Positions 27,027-41,924 of a DNA stretch of 64,000 bases are shown piece by piece (the first letter of the stretch is position 1; every line of letters begins with the position of its first letter). Location: positions 1,597,306-1,661,305 of the forward strand of contig CBDBOV010000006.1 in assembly GCA_965208575.1 (NCBI GenBank), in the 5' to 3' direction. The notes under the pieces are model-generated. The model was given only the letters and a program-made list of their open reading frames with translations, searched no databases and was not told the DNA's origin. The translations under genes and the position numbers were made by a program. Origin of the DNA: Spirochaetia bacterium (GTDB lineage Bacteria > Spirochaetota > Spirochaetia > SZUA-6 > Bin103).

Positions 27027-29885
27027 ATGAGAGCGTCGCAATCCGCCGGTCTCATTGTCCTCGTCCTGCGCAAGATGGCCAGTCACCGCTGGCTGGTGCT
27101 GGCGCTGCTGGCCGGCTCGGTGCTCTCGGTCGGGCTGCTGGCCAGCATTCCGATCTACACCGACGGGGTGTTGCAGCGCCTGCTGACGCGCGACCTGGAG
27201 CGCTACCAGGAGCGCACCGGGCGCTACCCCGGCACCACCGCCGCCAGCTACAATTTCTACCGGCTGGTGGAAAAGCCGGCCGCCAAGGCGCCCTTCCACG
27301 ACGCGCTCGAGGGAGAGATTCTCACCCGGCTGGTTCCCGCCCTCGGCGTCCCGGTGGCCGCGCAGATGAAGCGCATGACGCTCGATTACCTGTACGACGT
27401 GCGCCCGCAGCCGGAGGAGAGCCGCGTCGAGTCGGTGAAGAAGTTCAGCCGCGTGGAGGCGATGCAGCACCTGCCCGATCACGTCGACCTCCTGCACGGG
27501 CGGATGTATGACCCGGAGCCGGTCGACGGAGTGTACGAGGCGATCGTCACCGGCGAGGCGATGCAGGACCTGCAACTGATCCTGGGCCGCACCTACCTGC
27601 TGTACGACCTGCTCACCGAACAGCCGCGCCTCACGGTGAAGGTGGTGGGCGTATTCGCCAAGAACGATCCGAGCGACCTGTACTGGTTCCGGCGCTTCAC
27701 GTCGCTGTCGGAGAGCTTTCTCATCGACTACGACACCTTTCTGCGCGACTTCCTGTACCAGCCGACCCGCAACCTGACCCATGGATCCTGGTACTTCGCC
27801 CTCGACTACCACCGGATCACCATCGACAACGTGCCCAACCTGCTGCGCCGCTACGACGAGTACCGGCGCGCCTCCGCGGAGCGCCGCGTCGAGCTGGACT
27901 TCGGCATCGCCGCGCTGCTCGAGGACTACAACCGCCGCGCGGCCGTGCTGAAGATCACCCTGTCGTTCCTGCACGTGCCGATCGTGCTGGTGCTGGCGTT
28001 CTTCATGTACATGGTGTCGCAGTTGATCGTCGAGGGCGACCTGGCCGAGATCGCCGTGCTGGAGAGCCGCGGCGCGGCCGGCAACCAGGTGTTCACCGTC
28101 TACCTGCTGCAGAGCCTGCTGCTCGCGGCCGCCGCGCTGGCGCTCGGGCCGCCGCTGGCGCTGGTTATCGTGCGCTTCCTGGGCGCCGCCAACGGGTTCC
28201 TGGAATTCGTCGGCCGTACCGCGCTGAGCGCCGAAATCGGCCTGCGCGCCTATTGGTTCGCCCTGGCCGGGGCGGCGATCTTTCTCGCCGCCACGCTGCT
28301 GCCGGCCAGCCGCGCCGCGCGCACCTCGATCGTGGAGTTGCGCGGGCGCGGCGCCCGTACCCGGCGCTACACGTTCTGGCGCCGCTTCTATCTCGACCTG
28401 GTGCTGATCGCCATCGCCGTGTACGGGCTGATCCAGTTCCAGCAGCGCCGCGAGATCCTGCTGCTCACGGCCGCCACCGGGTCCGACCTGCCGCTCGATC
28501 CGCTGCTGTTCCTGACCTCGGTGCTGTTCATCCTCGGTTGCGCCATGCTCGCCCTGCGCCTGTTCCCGCACCTGGTGCGCGCGCTGTTCGGGGTCGCCCG
28601 GCGGCGCTGGTCGCCGCCGCTGTACGCGGCCTTCATCCAGGTGGCGCGCGCCCGCGGCCACGAGCAGTTCCTGATGGTGTTCCTGATCCTCACGCTGGCC
28701 CTCGGCATCTACAACAGCAGTGCCGCGCGCACCGTGAACCGCAACATCGAGGAGCGCATCTACTACGCCGCCGGCGCCGACCTCACCATGCAACCCTACT
28801 TCCCGAGCGACCAGCCGCCGGAGGGCGCCGGCGGTATGCCGGGCGAGCCCGTGGCGGTCAGTTCGCCGGTGGTGCAGTACCGGGAGCCGCCCTATCACCC
28901 GTATACCCAGATCGCTGGCCTCGAGAGCACCACCCGGGTGCTGCGCCAGGCGCGCGCGCAGGTGTCGCTGCCCGGCAACCGGCGCACCATGTCGGCGCTG
29001 ATGGCGATCACCCCGGAAGAGTTCGGGCGCGTGGCGTGGTTCCGCTCCGACCTGCTGCCGGCGCACTGGCACCACTACCTGAACCGGCTGGCGGCGGACC
29101 CGAAGGCGATGCTGCTGTCCTCCTCGATTGCCGAGGAGTTCGAACTGAAGCTCGGCGACACCATACTGGTCACCTGGTCGAGCCAGGACGTGGTGGACGG
29201 GGTGGTGGTCGGCTTCATCGATCACTGGCCCACCTTCGTGCCGGTCGACGAACGCACCCCGCCGCGGCTGGTGGTGGCCAACTTCCCCTACATACGCGCC
29301 AAGATGGCGACCGAGCCGTACGAGATCTGGGCCAAGCGGGAGCCGCGCAGCAGTACCGCCGAAGTCTACCGGGAGATCGAGGAGCGGGAGCTGGACATCC
29401 TCAGCATGCACGACGCGACCCAGGAGGTGGTGGCGGCCAAGAACGATCCGCTGCTGCAGGGCACCAATGGGGTGCTGACGCTCGGCTTCTCGGTGGCCAT
29501 GCTGATCAGCGTCGTCGGCTTCGTGATGTACTGGGTGCTGACGCTGCGCTCGCGCACGCTGCAATTCGGGGTGTTGCGCGCCATCGGCATGTCGGCCCGG
29601 CGCGTGCTGGCGATGCTGGTGACGGAGCAGATCCTGATTACCGGTTCGGCGATCGTCGCCGGCATGGTGATCGGGCGGGTGGCGGCGCTGTTGTTCGTAC
29701 CGCTGCTGCAGGTGGTGTACGCCGCCGCCGACCAGGTGCCCGCGTTCCGGGTGGCCAGCGAGCGCGGCGACTTCATCCGCATCTACGTGGTGGCGGCGGC
29801 ACTGCTGGTGCTCGGCGGGGTGCTGTTCCGCGCTCTGCTCGCGCGCCTGGACATCCAGCAGGCGCTCAAGTTGGGAGAAGAGTGA
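27027..29885 (+). CDS. FtsX/MacB-like ABC permease (duplicated)
   Basis: Two FtsX-type TM blocks with EIAVLESRGA and QFGVLRAIGMS motifs. Confidence 0.88.
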   Translation: MRASQSAGLIVLVLRKMASHRWLVLALLAGSVLSVGLLASIPIYTDGVLQRLLTRDLERYQERTGRYPGTTAASYNFYRLVEKPAAKAPFHDALEGEILTRLVPALGVPVAAQMKRMTLDYLYDVRPQPEESRVESVKKFSRVEAMQHLPDHVDLLHGRMYDPEPVDGVYEAIVTGEAMQDLQLILGRTYLLYDLLTEQPRLTVKVVGVFAKNDPSDLYWFRRFTSLSESFLIDYDTFLRDFLYQPTRNLTHGSWYFALDYHRITIDNVPNLLRRYDEYRRASAERRVELDFGIAALLEDYNRRAAVLKITLSFLHVPIVLVLAFFMYMVSQLIVEGDLAEIAVLESRGAAGNQVFTVYLLQSLLLAAAALALGPPLALVIVRFLGAANGFLEFVGRTALSAEIGLRAYWFALAGAAIFLAATLLPASRAARTSIVELRGRGARTRRYTFWRRFYLDLVLIAIAVYGLIQFQQRREILLLTAATGSDLPLDPLLFLTSVLFILGCAMLALRLFPHLVRALFGVARRRWSPPLYAAFIQVARARGHEQFLMVFLILTLALGIYNSSAARTVNRNIEERIYYAAGADLTMQPYFPSDQPPEGAGGMPGEPVAVSSPVVQYREPPYHPYTQIAGLESTTRVLRQARAQVSLPGNRRTMSALMAITPEEFGRVAWFRSDLLPAHWHHYLNRLAADPKAMLLSSSIAEEFELKLGDTILVTWSSQDVVDGVVVGFIDHWPTFVPVDERTPPRLVVANFPYIRAKMATEPYEIWAKREPRSSTAEVYREIEERELDILSMHDATQEVVAAKNDPLLQGTNGVLTLGFSVAMLISVVGFVMYWVLTLRSRTLQFGVLRAIGMSARRVLAMLVTEQILITGSAIVAGMVIGRVAALLFVPLLQVVYAAADQVPAFRVASERGDFIRIYVVAAALLVLGGVLFRALLARLDIQQALKLGEE

Positions 29886-30607
29886 ACTCCGCGCCGTCGC
29901 TGCATTCGCCGTTCGTGCTCAGCGCCGCCGCCCTGAGCCGCTCATTCCAGGTCGCCGGCACCACCGTGCATGCGTTGCGCGAGGTGAGCGTGCGCGTGCC
30001 GCGGTCACGGCTGACCATCCTGCAGGGGCCGTCCGGATCGGGCAAGACGACGCTGATCAACATCCTCGGCGCCCTCGACTACCCCACCGGCGGCCGGGTG
30101 GAGTTCGAGCACCTGGACATCGTCGGCCTGAGCGACCAGGAGCGTGATGACCTGCGCCGGGTACGCATGGGCTTCGTGTTTCAATCGGTGGCGCTGATCG
30201 GGGTGATGTCGGCGTTCGAGAACGTCGACTTCGCGCTGCGCGTGGCCGGCTACGACGACGCGCAGCGCGAGCGGCGTGCCCGCGACTGCCTGTCCCTGGT
30301 CGGGTTGCGCGGGCGCATGGACCACCGGCCGGGTGAGCTGTCCGGCGGCGAGCAGCAGCGGGTGGCCATCGCGCGCGCCATAGCGCATGAGCCCACCCTG
30401 CTGTTCGCGGACGAGCCCACGGCGGAGCTGGACACGCACACCGGGCTGCAGGTGATGGCGCTGGTGCGGCGCCTGGTGCGGGAGCACGGCGTGACGGTGG
30501 TGATGAGCAGCCACGACCCCTATATCGTCGAGTTGGCCGATCAACTGGTGCAACTGGAGGATGGCCGCCTGGTGCAGCGCACCGGCCGTGAGGGATCGCC
30601 GCCGTGA
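29882..30607 (+). CDS. ABC transporter ATP-binding protein (LolD/MacB type)
   Basis: [21 protein letters not shown]; GTG overlaps permease stop. Confidence 0.92.
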   Translation: MNSAPSLHSPFVLSAAALSRSFQVAGTTVHALREVSVRVPRSRLTILQGPSGSGKTTLINILGALDYPTGGRVEFEHLDIVGLSDQERDDLRRVRMGFVFQSVALIGVMSAFENVDFALRVAGYDDAQRERRARDCLSLVGLRGRMDHRPGELSGGEQQRVAIARAIAHEPTLLFADEPTAELDTHTGLQVMALVRRLVREHGVTVVMSSHDPYIVELADQLVQLEDGRLVQRTGREGSPP

Positions 30608-31512
30608 CCAACATGATCAGCGCGGAAAACCTGGTGCGCATCTACAAGACCGCCGAGTTCGAGGTGATCGCCTTGCAGGGCCTGGACCTGGAGGTGGCGA
30701 ACGGCGAGCTGATGGCGATCATCGGCAACAGCGGCAGCGGCAAGAGCACGCTGCTCAATGTGATCGGCGGTCTCGACCTGCCCTCCGCCGGCAGAATCAC
30801 GGTGGCCGATCGCGACCTGTTGAAGCTGTCCCGGCTGGAGCTGCTGCGCTACCGGCGGGAGAAGGTGGGCTTCGTATGGCAGAGCAGCGCGCGCAACCTG
30901 ATCCCCTACCTGTCGGCGGTGCAGAACGTAGAGGTGCCGATGCTGCTTACCGGGCGCGGCGAGCGCCGGCGGCGGGCGCAGGAGCTGCTGGCCATGGTGG
31001 GCATGGCGCAGCGCGCCCACAACCGGCCGAGCCAGCTCTCCGGCGGTGAGCAGCAACGCGTGGCGATCGCCATCGCGCTGGCCAACGCGCCGCCGCTGGT
31101 GCTGGCCGACGAACCCACCGGCAGCGTCGACGGAGCCACCGCGTCGACGGTGCTGGGCGTGCTGCGCAAGATCAACCAGGAATTGGGCGTGACCGTGGTG
31201 ATCGTGACCCACGACCGGCGCATCGCCCAGCAGGTGGACCGGGTGGTGGCCATTCGCGACGGGCGCACCTCCAGCGAGTTCATCCGCCGCGGCACCTACA
31301 CGAGCGAGATCAGCGAAATCACCCAGCTTGCCGCCCACATGGAAGAGGCGGACACGCACCAGGAACTGGCGGTGGTGGACCGCGCCGGGCGGCTGCAGGT
31401 GCCGGGCGACTACCTGCGGGCGCTGGGCGTGGACGGCCGCGACCGGCTGCAGGTGGAGCTGGAGGATGACCGCATCGTGCTGCGCCGCCCCACGGAGGAT
31501 ACCGATGAGTGA
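30604..31512 (+). CDS. ABC transporter ATP-binding protein with C-terminal AbrB-like domain
   Basis: [21 protein letters not shown]; tail [14 protein letters not shown]...D.LQVE. Confidence 0.9.
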   Translation: MTNMISAENLVRIYKTAEFEVIALQGLDLEVANGELMAIIGNSGSGKSTLLNVIGGLDLPSAGRITVADRDLLKLSRLELLRYRREKVGFVWQSSARNLIPYLSAVQNVEVPMLLTGRGERRRRAQELLAMVGMAQRAHNRPSQLSGGEQQRVAIAIALANAPPLVLADEPTGSVDGATASTVLGVLRKINQELGVTVVIVTHDRRIAQQVDRVVAIRDGRTSSEFIRRGTYTSEISEITQLAAHMEEADTHQELAVVDRAGRLQVPGDYLRALGVDGRDRLQVELEDDRIVLRRPTEDTDE

Positions 31513-32023
31513 CCGAGCCGGCCCGGCAGCCGCACCGGTGATCGGGGTGATCATGGGCAGTGCGTCCGACTGGGAGACGATGCAGCATGCCGACGAGACG
31601 CTGCGCGAGTTCTCGGTGCCGTACGAGTGCCGGGTGGTTTCGGCGCACCGCACCCCGGAGCGGATGCGCGCGTACGCGCGCGAGGCGGCGGCGCGCGGCA
31701 TCGAGGTGATCGTCGCCGCGGCCGGCGGCGCGGCCCACCTGCCCGGCATGGTGGCCGCCTACACCTCGCTGCCGGTGCTTGGCGTGCCGGTGCAGAACCA
31801 CGCCCTGCAGGGCGTCGACTCGCTGCTGTCGATCGTGCAGATGCCGGCCGGCGTGCCGGTCGGCACCCTGGCCATCGGGCGTGCCGGGGCGGTCAACGCC
31901 GCCCTGCTGGCGCTCTCCATCGCGGCCCTCAGCCGCCCGCCGCTGCGTGCCGAGCTGGACGCGTACCGCGCCCGCCGGGCGGCGGCCGTGGAGGCCGCGC
32001 GGCTGCCGCCGGCGGATTCCTGA
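31505..32023 (+). CDS. purE: N5-CAIR mutase
   Basis: [33 protein letters not shown]. Confidence 0.96.
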   Translation: MSDRAGPAAAPVIGVIMGSASDWETMQHADETLREFSVPYECRVVSAHRTPERMRAYAREAAARGIEVIVAAAGGAAHLPGMVAAYTSLPVLGVPVQNHALQGVDSLLSIVQMPAGVPVGTLAIGRAGAVNAALLALSIAALSRPPLRAELDAYRARRAAAVEAARLPPADS

Positions 32024-32249
32024 TGTTCACGGCGTGCGCGGCAGCACCGACAGACGGCCGGCGCAGCCCGGTGCGGGCGCCCTCGCCCGCCCTGCGCGGG
32101 GTTGCCTGCCGGCGGCTGCTCGCCGCACCGCTGTCCGGTTGCGGGCGGCGCCGGTCGGTTGCCGCCGGCGCCGCGGCCGTTTCGCGGGTGGTGCGAGCGC
32201 GGCGGCTGACCGCGCCGCGCACCGCCGCCGCCCGGCGTCCGGGCCGGCC

Positions 32250-33479
32250 ATGAGCGGCATGGTGCGGGGCGCCGGCGCGGCGGATCCGATCCTGCCGGGG
32301 GCGACGGTCGGCATTCTGGGCAGCGGCCAGCTCGGGCGCATGCTCGCCGTGGCCGCGGCGGCGCTTGGCTACCGGGTGCACGTGTACTCGCCGGAGGCCG
32401 GGTCGCCGGCCGGGCTGGTGGCGGCGCGCGAAGTGGTGGGCGGCTACGACGACGTCGATGCGATCGCGGCGTTCGCCGCGGGAGTCGACGTGCTGACCTT
32501 CGAGTTCGAGAACCTGTCGAGCGCCGCGGTGGCGGCGGCGGAGCGGCACACCGTGGTGCGTCCCGGCGCCAACGTCCTGGCCACCGCGCAGAACCGCCGC
32601 GCGGAGAAGGAATTCCTCGGCGCCGCCGGGTTTCCGGTGGCGGCGTGGCGGCCGCTGCCGGCGGCGCCGGGCGAGCCGCGCGGCGCCGGCACTTCCGCCG
32701 CCGATCCGGTCGCGGCGGATGTCGGCTACCCGGCGATCGTCAAGACCGCCGGCTTCGGGTACGACGGCAGGGGGCAACGCCGCGTGCACGACGCCGAGGA
32801 GCTGGCGGCCGCCTGCCGTGCCGCCGCCGGCGAGCCGCTCATCGTCGAGCGCGTGGTGCCGTTCGACCGCGAACTCTCGGTGATCGGGGCGCGCACCGCC
32901 AGCGGTGAGTACCGCGACTTCGGGCCGTTCGAGAACGTGCACGCCCGCCACATCCTGGACGTCTCCAGCGCGCCGGCGGCGGGCGACCCGGCCGTGCTGC
33001 GCCGCGCCCGCGAGCTGGTCCGCACGCTGGTGGAGCAGTTGCGCGTGGTCGGGCTGCTGTGCGTGGAGCTGTTCGAGGTGGCCGGCGACCTGCTGGTCAA
33101 CGAGGTCGCGCCGCGGCCGCACAACTCCGGCCACCTCACCCTGGACGCGTGCGCCACCAGCCAGTTCGAGCAGCACGTCCGCGCCGTGTGCGGCCTGCCG
33201 CTCGGCGACCCGGTCCAGCACACGCCGGCGGCGATGGCCAACCTGCTCGGCGACCTGTGGCGCGCCGCCGCGGCCGGGTCCGCGGCGGACGCGGGGGCGG
33301 GCGCCGGTGCGCCGCCCTGGCACGCGGCGCTCGCCGTCCCCGGCGTCAAGCTGCACCTGTACGGCAAGCGGCAGGCGCGCCCGGGCCGCAAGATGGGCCA
33401 CCTCACGGCGCTCGCCGCCACCGCCGCGGAGGCAACGACGCAGGCCGTCGTGGCCCGCTCCCTGCTTGCCCCGTCGTAG
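32250..33479 (+). CDS. purK: N5-CAIR synthase
   Basis: GSGQLGRM, TFEFEN, GYDGRGQ, NEVAPRPHNSGH, HLYGK..RKMGH. Confidence 0.95.
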   Translation: MSGMVRGAGAADPILPGATVGILGSGQLGRMLAVAAAALGYRVHVYSPEAGSPAGLVAAREVVGGYDDVDAIAAFAAGVDVLTFEFENLSSAAVAAAERHTVVRPGANVLATAQNRRAEKEFLGAAGFPVAAWRPLPAAPGEPRGAGTSAADPVAADVGYPAIVKTAGFGYDGRGQRRVHDAEELAAACRAAAGEPLIVERVVPFDRELSVIGARTASGEYRDFGPFENVHARHILDVSSAPAAGDPAVLRRARELVRTLVEQLRVVGLLCVELFEVAGDLLVNEVAPRPHNSGHLTLDACATSQFEQHVRAVCGLPLGDPVQHTPAAMANLLGDLWRAAAAGSAADAGAGAGAPPWHAALAVPGVKLHLYGKRQARPGRKMGHLTALAATAAEATTQAVVARSLLAPS

Positions 33480-33596
33480 CGGACGCTCGGGCCGGCGGCA
33501 CCGTTCGGCGCGCATGTCCAGGTGCGGGAGGCGGCGCAAACTGCCGATGAAGTAGTTAGGAAGGTGGGCATGGTCCCGCCTTGGGAGAGTATTGCT

Positions 33597-34313
33597 ATGC
33601 GAATTCGTGCGCTGCCCGCCGCGGCCCTCCTGGTGGCCGTGCCGTCTCTGGCAGCATTCGCGCAGGCCTGGAACACCGGGGTGTACGTGGAGCTGAACGG
33701 CGGCGCGGTCCTGGTGGGGGAGGCGAACGACGTAGCGTCCAAGGTGGTGGGAGACGTCGGCGATGACACTTTGCCGGAGCTCGGCCGGGACTGGGAGTTC
33801 ACGCTCGGCGCCGGCGGCGCGGCGGGCATCGGCTATGACTTCGGCGCCATCCGGCTCGAAGGCGGGCTCTCGTACCTCTCCACCGGCATCAAGATCAGCC
33901 GTGACCAGAAGCTGGAAGAGGACGACAACAAGGACACCTTCACGGTGCTCGCCGCCACCGGCAACGCCTGGTACGACATCGACACCGGGTCGCCGTGGAC
34001 GCTCTACCTGGGCGGCGGGTTCGGCACCGCCAACGTCGGCATCCACCTGGACGAGATCAAGGTGAAAAACATACCGGACACGCCCAAGTACACCTTCTCC
34101 ACCTGGTCGCTGGCGTTCCAGGCGGGGGCCGGCATCGGCTACACCATCGCCGACTTCATGGTGATCGACCTCGGCTACCGGCTGCTCGGCTCCATCGACC
34201 CCAAGCTGGTCAAGTCGGGTTCCATCGATGGCAGCGACTTCGAGTGGCCGCTCGAGCCGGGGACGCTGCTGACCCACCGTCTCGGCCTCGGTCTGCGCAT
34301 CATCTTCCTGTAG
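33597..34313 (+). CDS. Outer-membrane beta-barrel protein (OmpW/Opa-like)
   Basis: Signal peptide; [40 protein letters not shown] strands. Confidence 0.85.
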   Translation: MRIRALPAAALLVAVPSLAAFAQAWNTGVYVELNGGAVLVGEANDVASKVVGDVGDDTLPELGRDWEFTLGAGGAAGIGYDFGAIRLEGGLSYLSTGIKISRDQKLEEDDNKDTFTVLAATGNAWYDIDTGSPWTLYLGGGFGTANVGIHLDEIKVKNIPDTPKYTFSTWSLAFQAGAGIGYTIADFMVIDLGYRLLGSIDPKLVKSGSIDGSDFEWPLEPGTLLTHRLGLGLRIIFL

Positions 34314-34408
34314 CTCCGCGGGTTGCTCCCGGCCGCGAATCTCATGATCTTAGGCTCGTCCGCGCCAACTCGACCGCGAGACGGATCGACAGGGAGAGGA
34401 ACAGCATC

Positions 34409-34729
34409 ATGATTGTAACCACCACGCCCACCATCGAGGGCAGCAACATCGCCGAGTACCGGGGCATCGTCACCGGCGAGGCCATTATCGGCGCCAATAT
34501 CTTCAAGGATTTCTTCGCCGGCATCCGCGACATCGTTGGCGGACGTTCGGCCGCCTACGAGTCGGAGCTGCGCAACGCACGCGAGATCGCGCTCGCCGAG
34601 ATGGCCGAGGCGGCCGAACAGAGGGGCGGCAACGCGGTAGTCGGGGTGGACCTCGACTACGAGGTGGTCGGCCAGGGCGGCAGCATGCTCATGGTGACCG
34701 CCAGCGGGACCGCCGTTTCGGTCGCCTAG
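34409..34729 (+). CDS. YbjQ/UPF0145 family protein
   Basis: [39 protein letters not shown]. Confidence 0.93.
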   Translation: MIVTTTPTIEGSNIAEYRGIVTGEAIIGANIFKDFFAGIRDIVGGRSAAYESELRNAREIALAEMAEAAEQRGGNAVVGVDLDYEVVGQGGSMLMVTASGTAVSVA

Positions 34730-34776
34730 GAGTCTGTCGGGTTGCGACGGACTCCCGCGCACAGGGGAGCAACCGC

Positions 34777-36135
34777 ATGAGCATCGATCAGCAGTACCTG
34801 GAGCGCCACCGGCGGTCCGCGGAGATCTATCGGCGCGCCGGCGGCGCGTTTCCCGGCGGCGTGACCCACGACACCCGCTTTCTGCAGCCGTTTCCGCTGG
34901 TCATGACGACCGCCGCCGGCAGCCGCAAGATCGACGTGGACGACAACGAGTACATCGACTACGTGATGGGCCACGGAGCGCTGCTGCTCGGCCACAGCCA
35001 CCCTGCCATCGTCGCTGCGGTCAGCGAGCAGTTGCGGCGCGGCACCCATCTCGGCGGCAACACGGAGCTGGAACTGCGCTGGGCGGAGGCCGTACGGCGC
35101 CTGATGCCGTCGGTGGAGCGGGTACGCTTCCACAGCTCCGGCACCGAGGCCACGATGATGGCGTTGCGCCTGGCGCGCGCCTACACCGGCCGGCCCACGG
35201 TGCTGCGCTTCAGCGAACACTTCCACGGTTGGCACGACTACGCTGCGGCGGTCCCCGGCGGCGATGACGACCCGTTCGCGGGACCCGGAATCCCGGCGGC
35301 GGTGGGCGGCACGGTGCGGGTCATCGCAGCGGGCGACGCCGACCTGGTCGATCGCACCCTCGCCGGCGACCGCTCCATCGGCGCCGTGATCCTGGAGCCG
35401 ACCGGCGCCATGTCCGGCCGCGTGCCGGTGGCGGCGGAATTCGTGCGCGACCTGCGCGCCATTACCGCGCGGCACGAGGTGCTGTTGATCCTGGACGAGG
35501 TGGTCACCGGCTTCCGGGTCTCGGCCGGCGGCGCGCAGCGACGCCTCGGGATTCGGCCCGACCTCACCTCCATGGCCAAGATCGTCGCCGGCGGCCTGCC
35601 CGGCGGCGCCGTCGGCGGCCGCGCCGACATTCTCGACCAGATCGCGCTGCCGGGCGGACGCCGGCGCGTCGCCCATCCCGGCACCTTCAACGCCAACCCG
35701 CTCAGCGCGGCGGCCGGCTGCACCTGCCTCGACCTGCTCGCCGGCGAGCCGCTACCGGAACGAGCCGAGCAGGCCGCAACGCGGCTGTGCGACGGCTTCA
35801 ACCGGGTTTTCACCGACACCGGCGCCGCCGGCTTCGCCTACCGCTCGAGCTCGTTCGTGCACGTGGCGCCCGGCCTGGCCGGCGACGGCAGCGAGGAGTC
35901 GGTGGCCGCCGCACTCCCGGAGCTGGGAGCGATGCGCGGCAGCCCCGAGGCGAGCCGGTTCCGGGTGGCCCTGCTCAACGAGGGCGTGGATGCGATGGCC
36001 GGGCTGACCTTCATCGTCTCCGCGGTGCACGACGACGCCGACATCGACGCCACCGTGGCCGCGTTCGGATGCGCATTGGAATCGCTGCGCGCGGAGGGCG
36101 TCCTGCAACCCCGCACCGCCGACGCGGCCGGATGA
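34777..36135 (+). CDS. Class III aminotransferase (glutamate-1-semialdehyde aminomutase-like)
   Basis: DYVMGHGALLLGH, SGTEATM, FHGWHD, LDEVVTGFR, AKIVAGG, GTFNANP. Confidence 0.88.
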   Translation: MSIDQQYLERHRRSAEIYRRAGGAFPGGVTHDTRFLQPFPLVMTTAAGSRKIDVDDNEYIDYVMGHGALLLGHSHPAIVAAVSEQLRRGTHLGGNTELELRWAEAVRRLMPSVERVRFHSSGTEATMMALRLARAYTGRPTVLRFSEHFHGWHDYAAAVPGGDDDPFAGPGIPAAVGGTVRVIAAGDADLVDRTLAGDRSIGAVILEPTGAMSGRVPVAAEFVRDLRAITARHEVLLILDEVVTGFRVSAGGAQRRLGIRPDLTSMAKIVAGGLPGGAVGGRADILDQIALPGGRRRVAHPGTFNANPLSAAAGCTCLDLLAGEPLPERAEQAATRLCDGFNRVFTDTGAAGFAYRSSSFVHVAPGLAGDGSEESVAAALPELGAMRGSPEASRFRVALLNEGVDAMAGLTFIVSAVHDDADIDATVAAFGCALESLRAEGVLQPRTADAAG

Positions 36136-36168
36136 GGCGGACATGCCGCGATAAAGGCGGCCGGGCAG

Positions 36169-36198
36169 TTGACAGCCCGCCTCCGCATCGCGTACCCT
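36169..36198 (+). promoter_or_regulatory. Putative sigma70 promoter
   Basis: TTGACA (36169-74), 18 nt, TACCCT (36193-98). Confidence 0.5.
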
Positions 36199-36220
36199 GA
36201 CCGTTCACGGAGGTGCCGAT

Positions 36221-36481
36221 ATGCGCATCACGATAGCGGTGGTCGCCATGGCGGCGGTCATCTTGGTAGCGATGTCGATGGTATTCGGCGATAACCTGCT
36301 TCCCTTTTCGTTGAACCTCTCTGAGGTGGTGGCAGACTCGGTGGAAGAGCCCGCTCCGGTGGTCAATTCGACTTCCGGCTTGACCATGTCGACGGCGGCT
36401 CAGACGCAGAGTCAGATCCAGGATGAGACGTTCAGCAAGGGGTATGCCGGCGCCGGATGCGCGTCCGGGTTGGGGCATTAG
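36221..36481 (+). CDS. Small exported or membrane-anchored 86-aa protein
   Basis: GGAGG RBS, hydrophobic N-terminus, own promoter and terminator. Confidence 0.7.
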   Translation: MRITIAVVAMAAVILVAMSMVFGDNLLPFSLNLSEVVADSVEEPAPVVNSTSGLTMSTAAQTQSQIQDETFSKGYAGAGCASGLGH

Positions 36482-36510
36482 GCTCAGGACCCGCGTTTTT
36501 CGACACGTTC

Positions 36511-36552
36511 GGGGGCTTCGCTGGCCGTAACGGCCCGCGAGGTCCTTTTTTT
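36511..36552 (+). terminator. Rho-independent terminator
   Basis: GGGGCTTCGC-TGGCCGTAACGGCCC-GCGAGGTCC hairpin followed by T7. Confidence 0.75.
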
Positions 36553-36558
36553 CGGCAA

Positions 36559-41094
<4,536 letters not shown>

Positions 41095-41174
41095 CACGAC
41101 GGCCTGCATGCGGCCTTGGGCGGCCTGCCGGCCGGTTGCAAAAGCGTGCGCGAAACCGTAGATTCTGTTGCGAA

Positions 41175-41921
41175 ATGGCTCCGGTAGCGGGCACCTCAAG
41201 CGTGCCATCGCTGGTGCGGACGCGCGCGGCGGATCGTATCGGCGCCATGTTCAATGGGCTTGCCCGTCGCTACGATCTTCTGAATCGCGTGCTGTCGCTG
41301 CAGCGCGATCAGCGCTGGCGCCGGCTGGCAGCGCAGTTGGTCTTGGCCAGCCGGCCCCGTACGGTTCTCGACGTAGCCACCGGCACCGCGGATCTACCCT
41401 TGATGCTCACCGATCTCGACCCACAGGTTCGCGTTACCGGCGTTGACATCGCCACCGAAATGCTGAGCCGCGGGCGCCTCAAGGCGCAGCACCATGCGGG
41501 CGGCGCGCGCATCGCGCTGGCGACCGGCAACGCCCTGGCCCTGCCGGTGGCCAGCGCGAGCGTGGACGCCGTCACCATTGCGTTCGGCATTCGCAACGTG
41601 GCCGATTACCGCACCGCCCTGAACGAGATGCATCGCGTGTTGCGCCCATCCGGCGCGTTGGCGATCCTGGAGTTCTCCTTGCCGAGCAATCCGCTGGTGC
41701 GCCTCCCGTACCTGGTCTACTTCCGCCACCTGCTGCCGTTGGTGGGCGGCTGGATCTCCGGCAACTCGAAGGCGTACCGGTACCTGAACCGCTCGGTGGA
41801 GTCGTTTCCGAGCGGCCCGGCATTCACCCGCCTGTTGACCGAGGCTGGCTTCGAACGCGTGCGCCGACTTGCCCTGACCTTCGGTATCGCCGCGATCTAC
41901 TGCGCGCGCAAGCCGGCCTGA
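41175..41921 (+). CDS. menG: Demethylmenaquinone methyltransferase
   Basis: RYDLLNRVLS, LDVATGTAD, AFGIRNV, ILEFS, YRYLNRSV; start uncertain. Confidence 0.9.
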   Translation: MAPVAGTSSVPSLVRTRAADRIGAMFNGLARRYDLLNRVLSLQRDQRWRRLAAQLVLASRPRTVLDVATGTADLPLMLTDLDPQVRVTGVDIATEMLSRGRLKAQHHAGGARIALATGNALALPVASASVDAVTIAFGIRNVADYRTALNEMHRVLRPSGALAILEFSLPSNPLVRLPYLVYFRHLLPLVGGWISGNSKAYRYLNRSVESFPSGPAFTRLLTEAGFERVRRLALTFGIAAIYCARKPA

Positions 41922-41924
41922 TCG

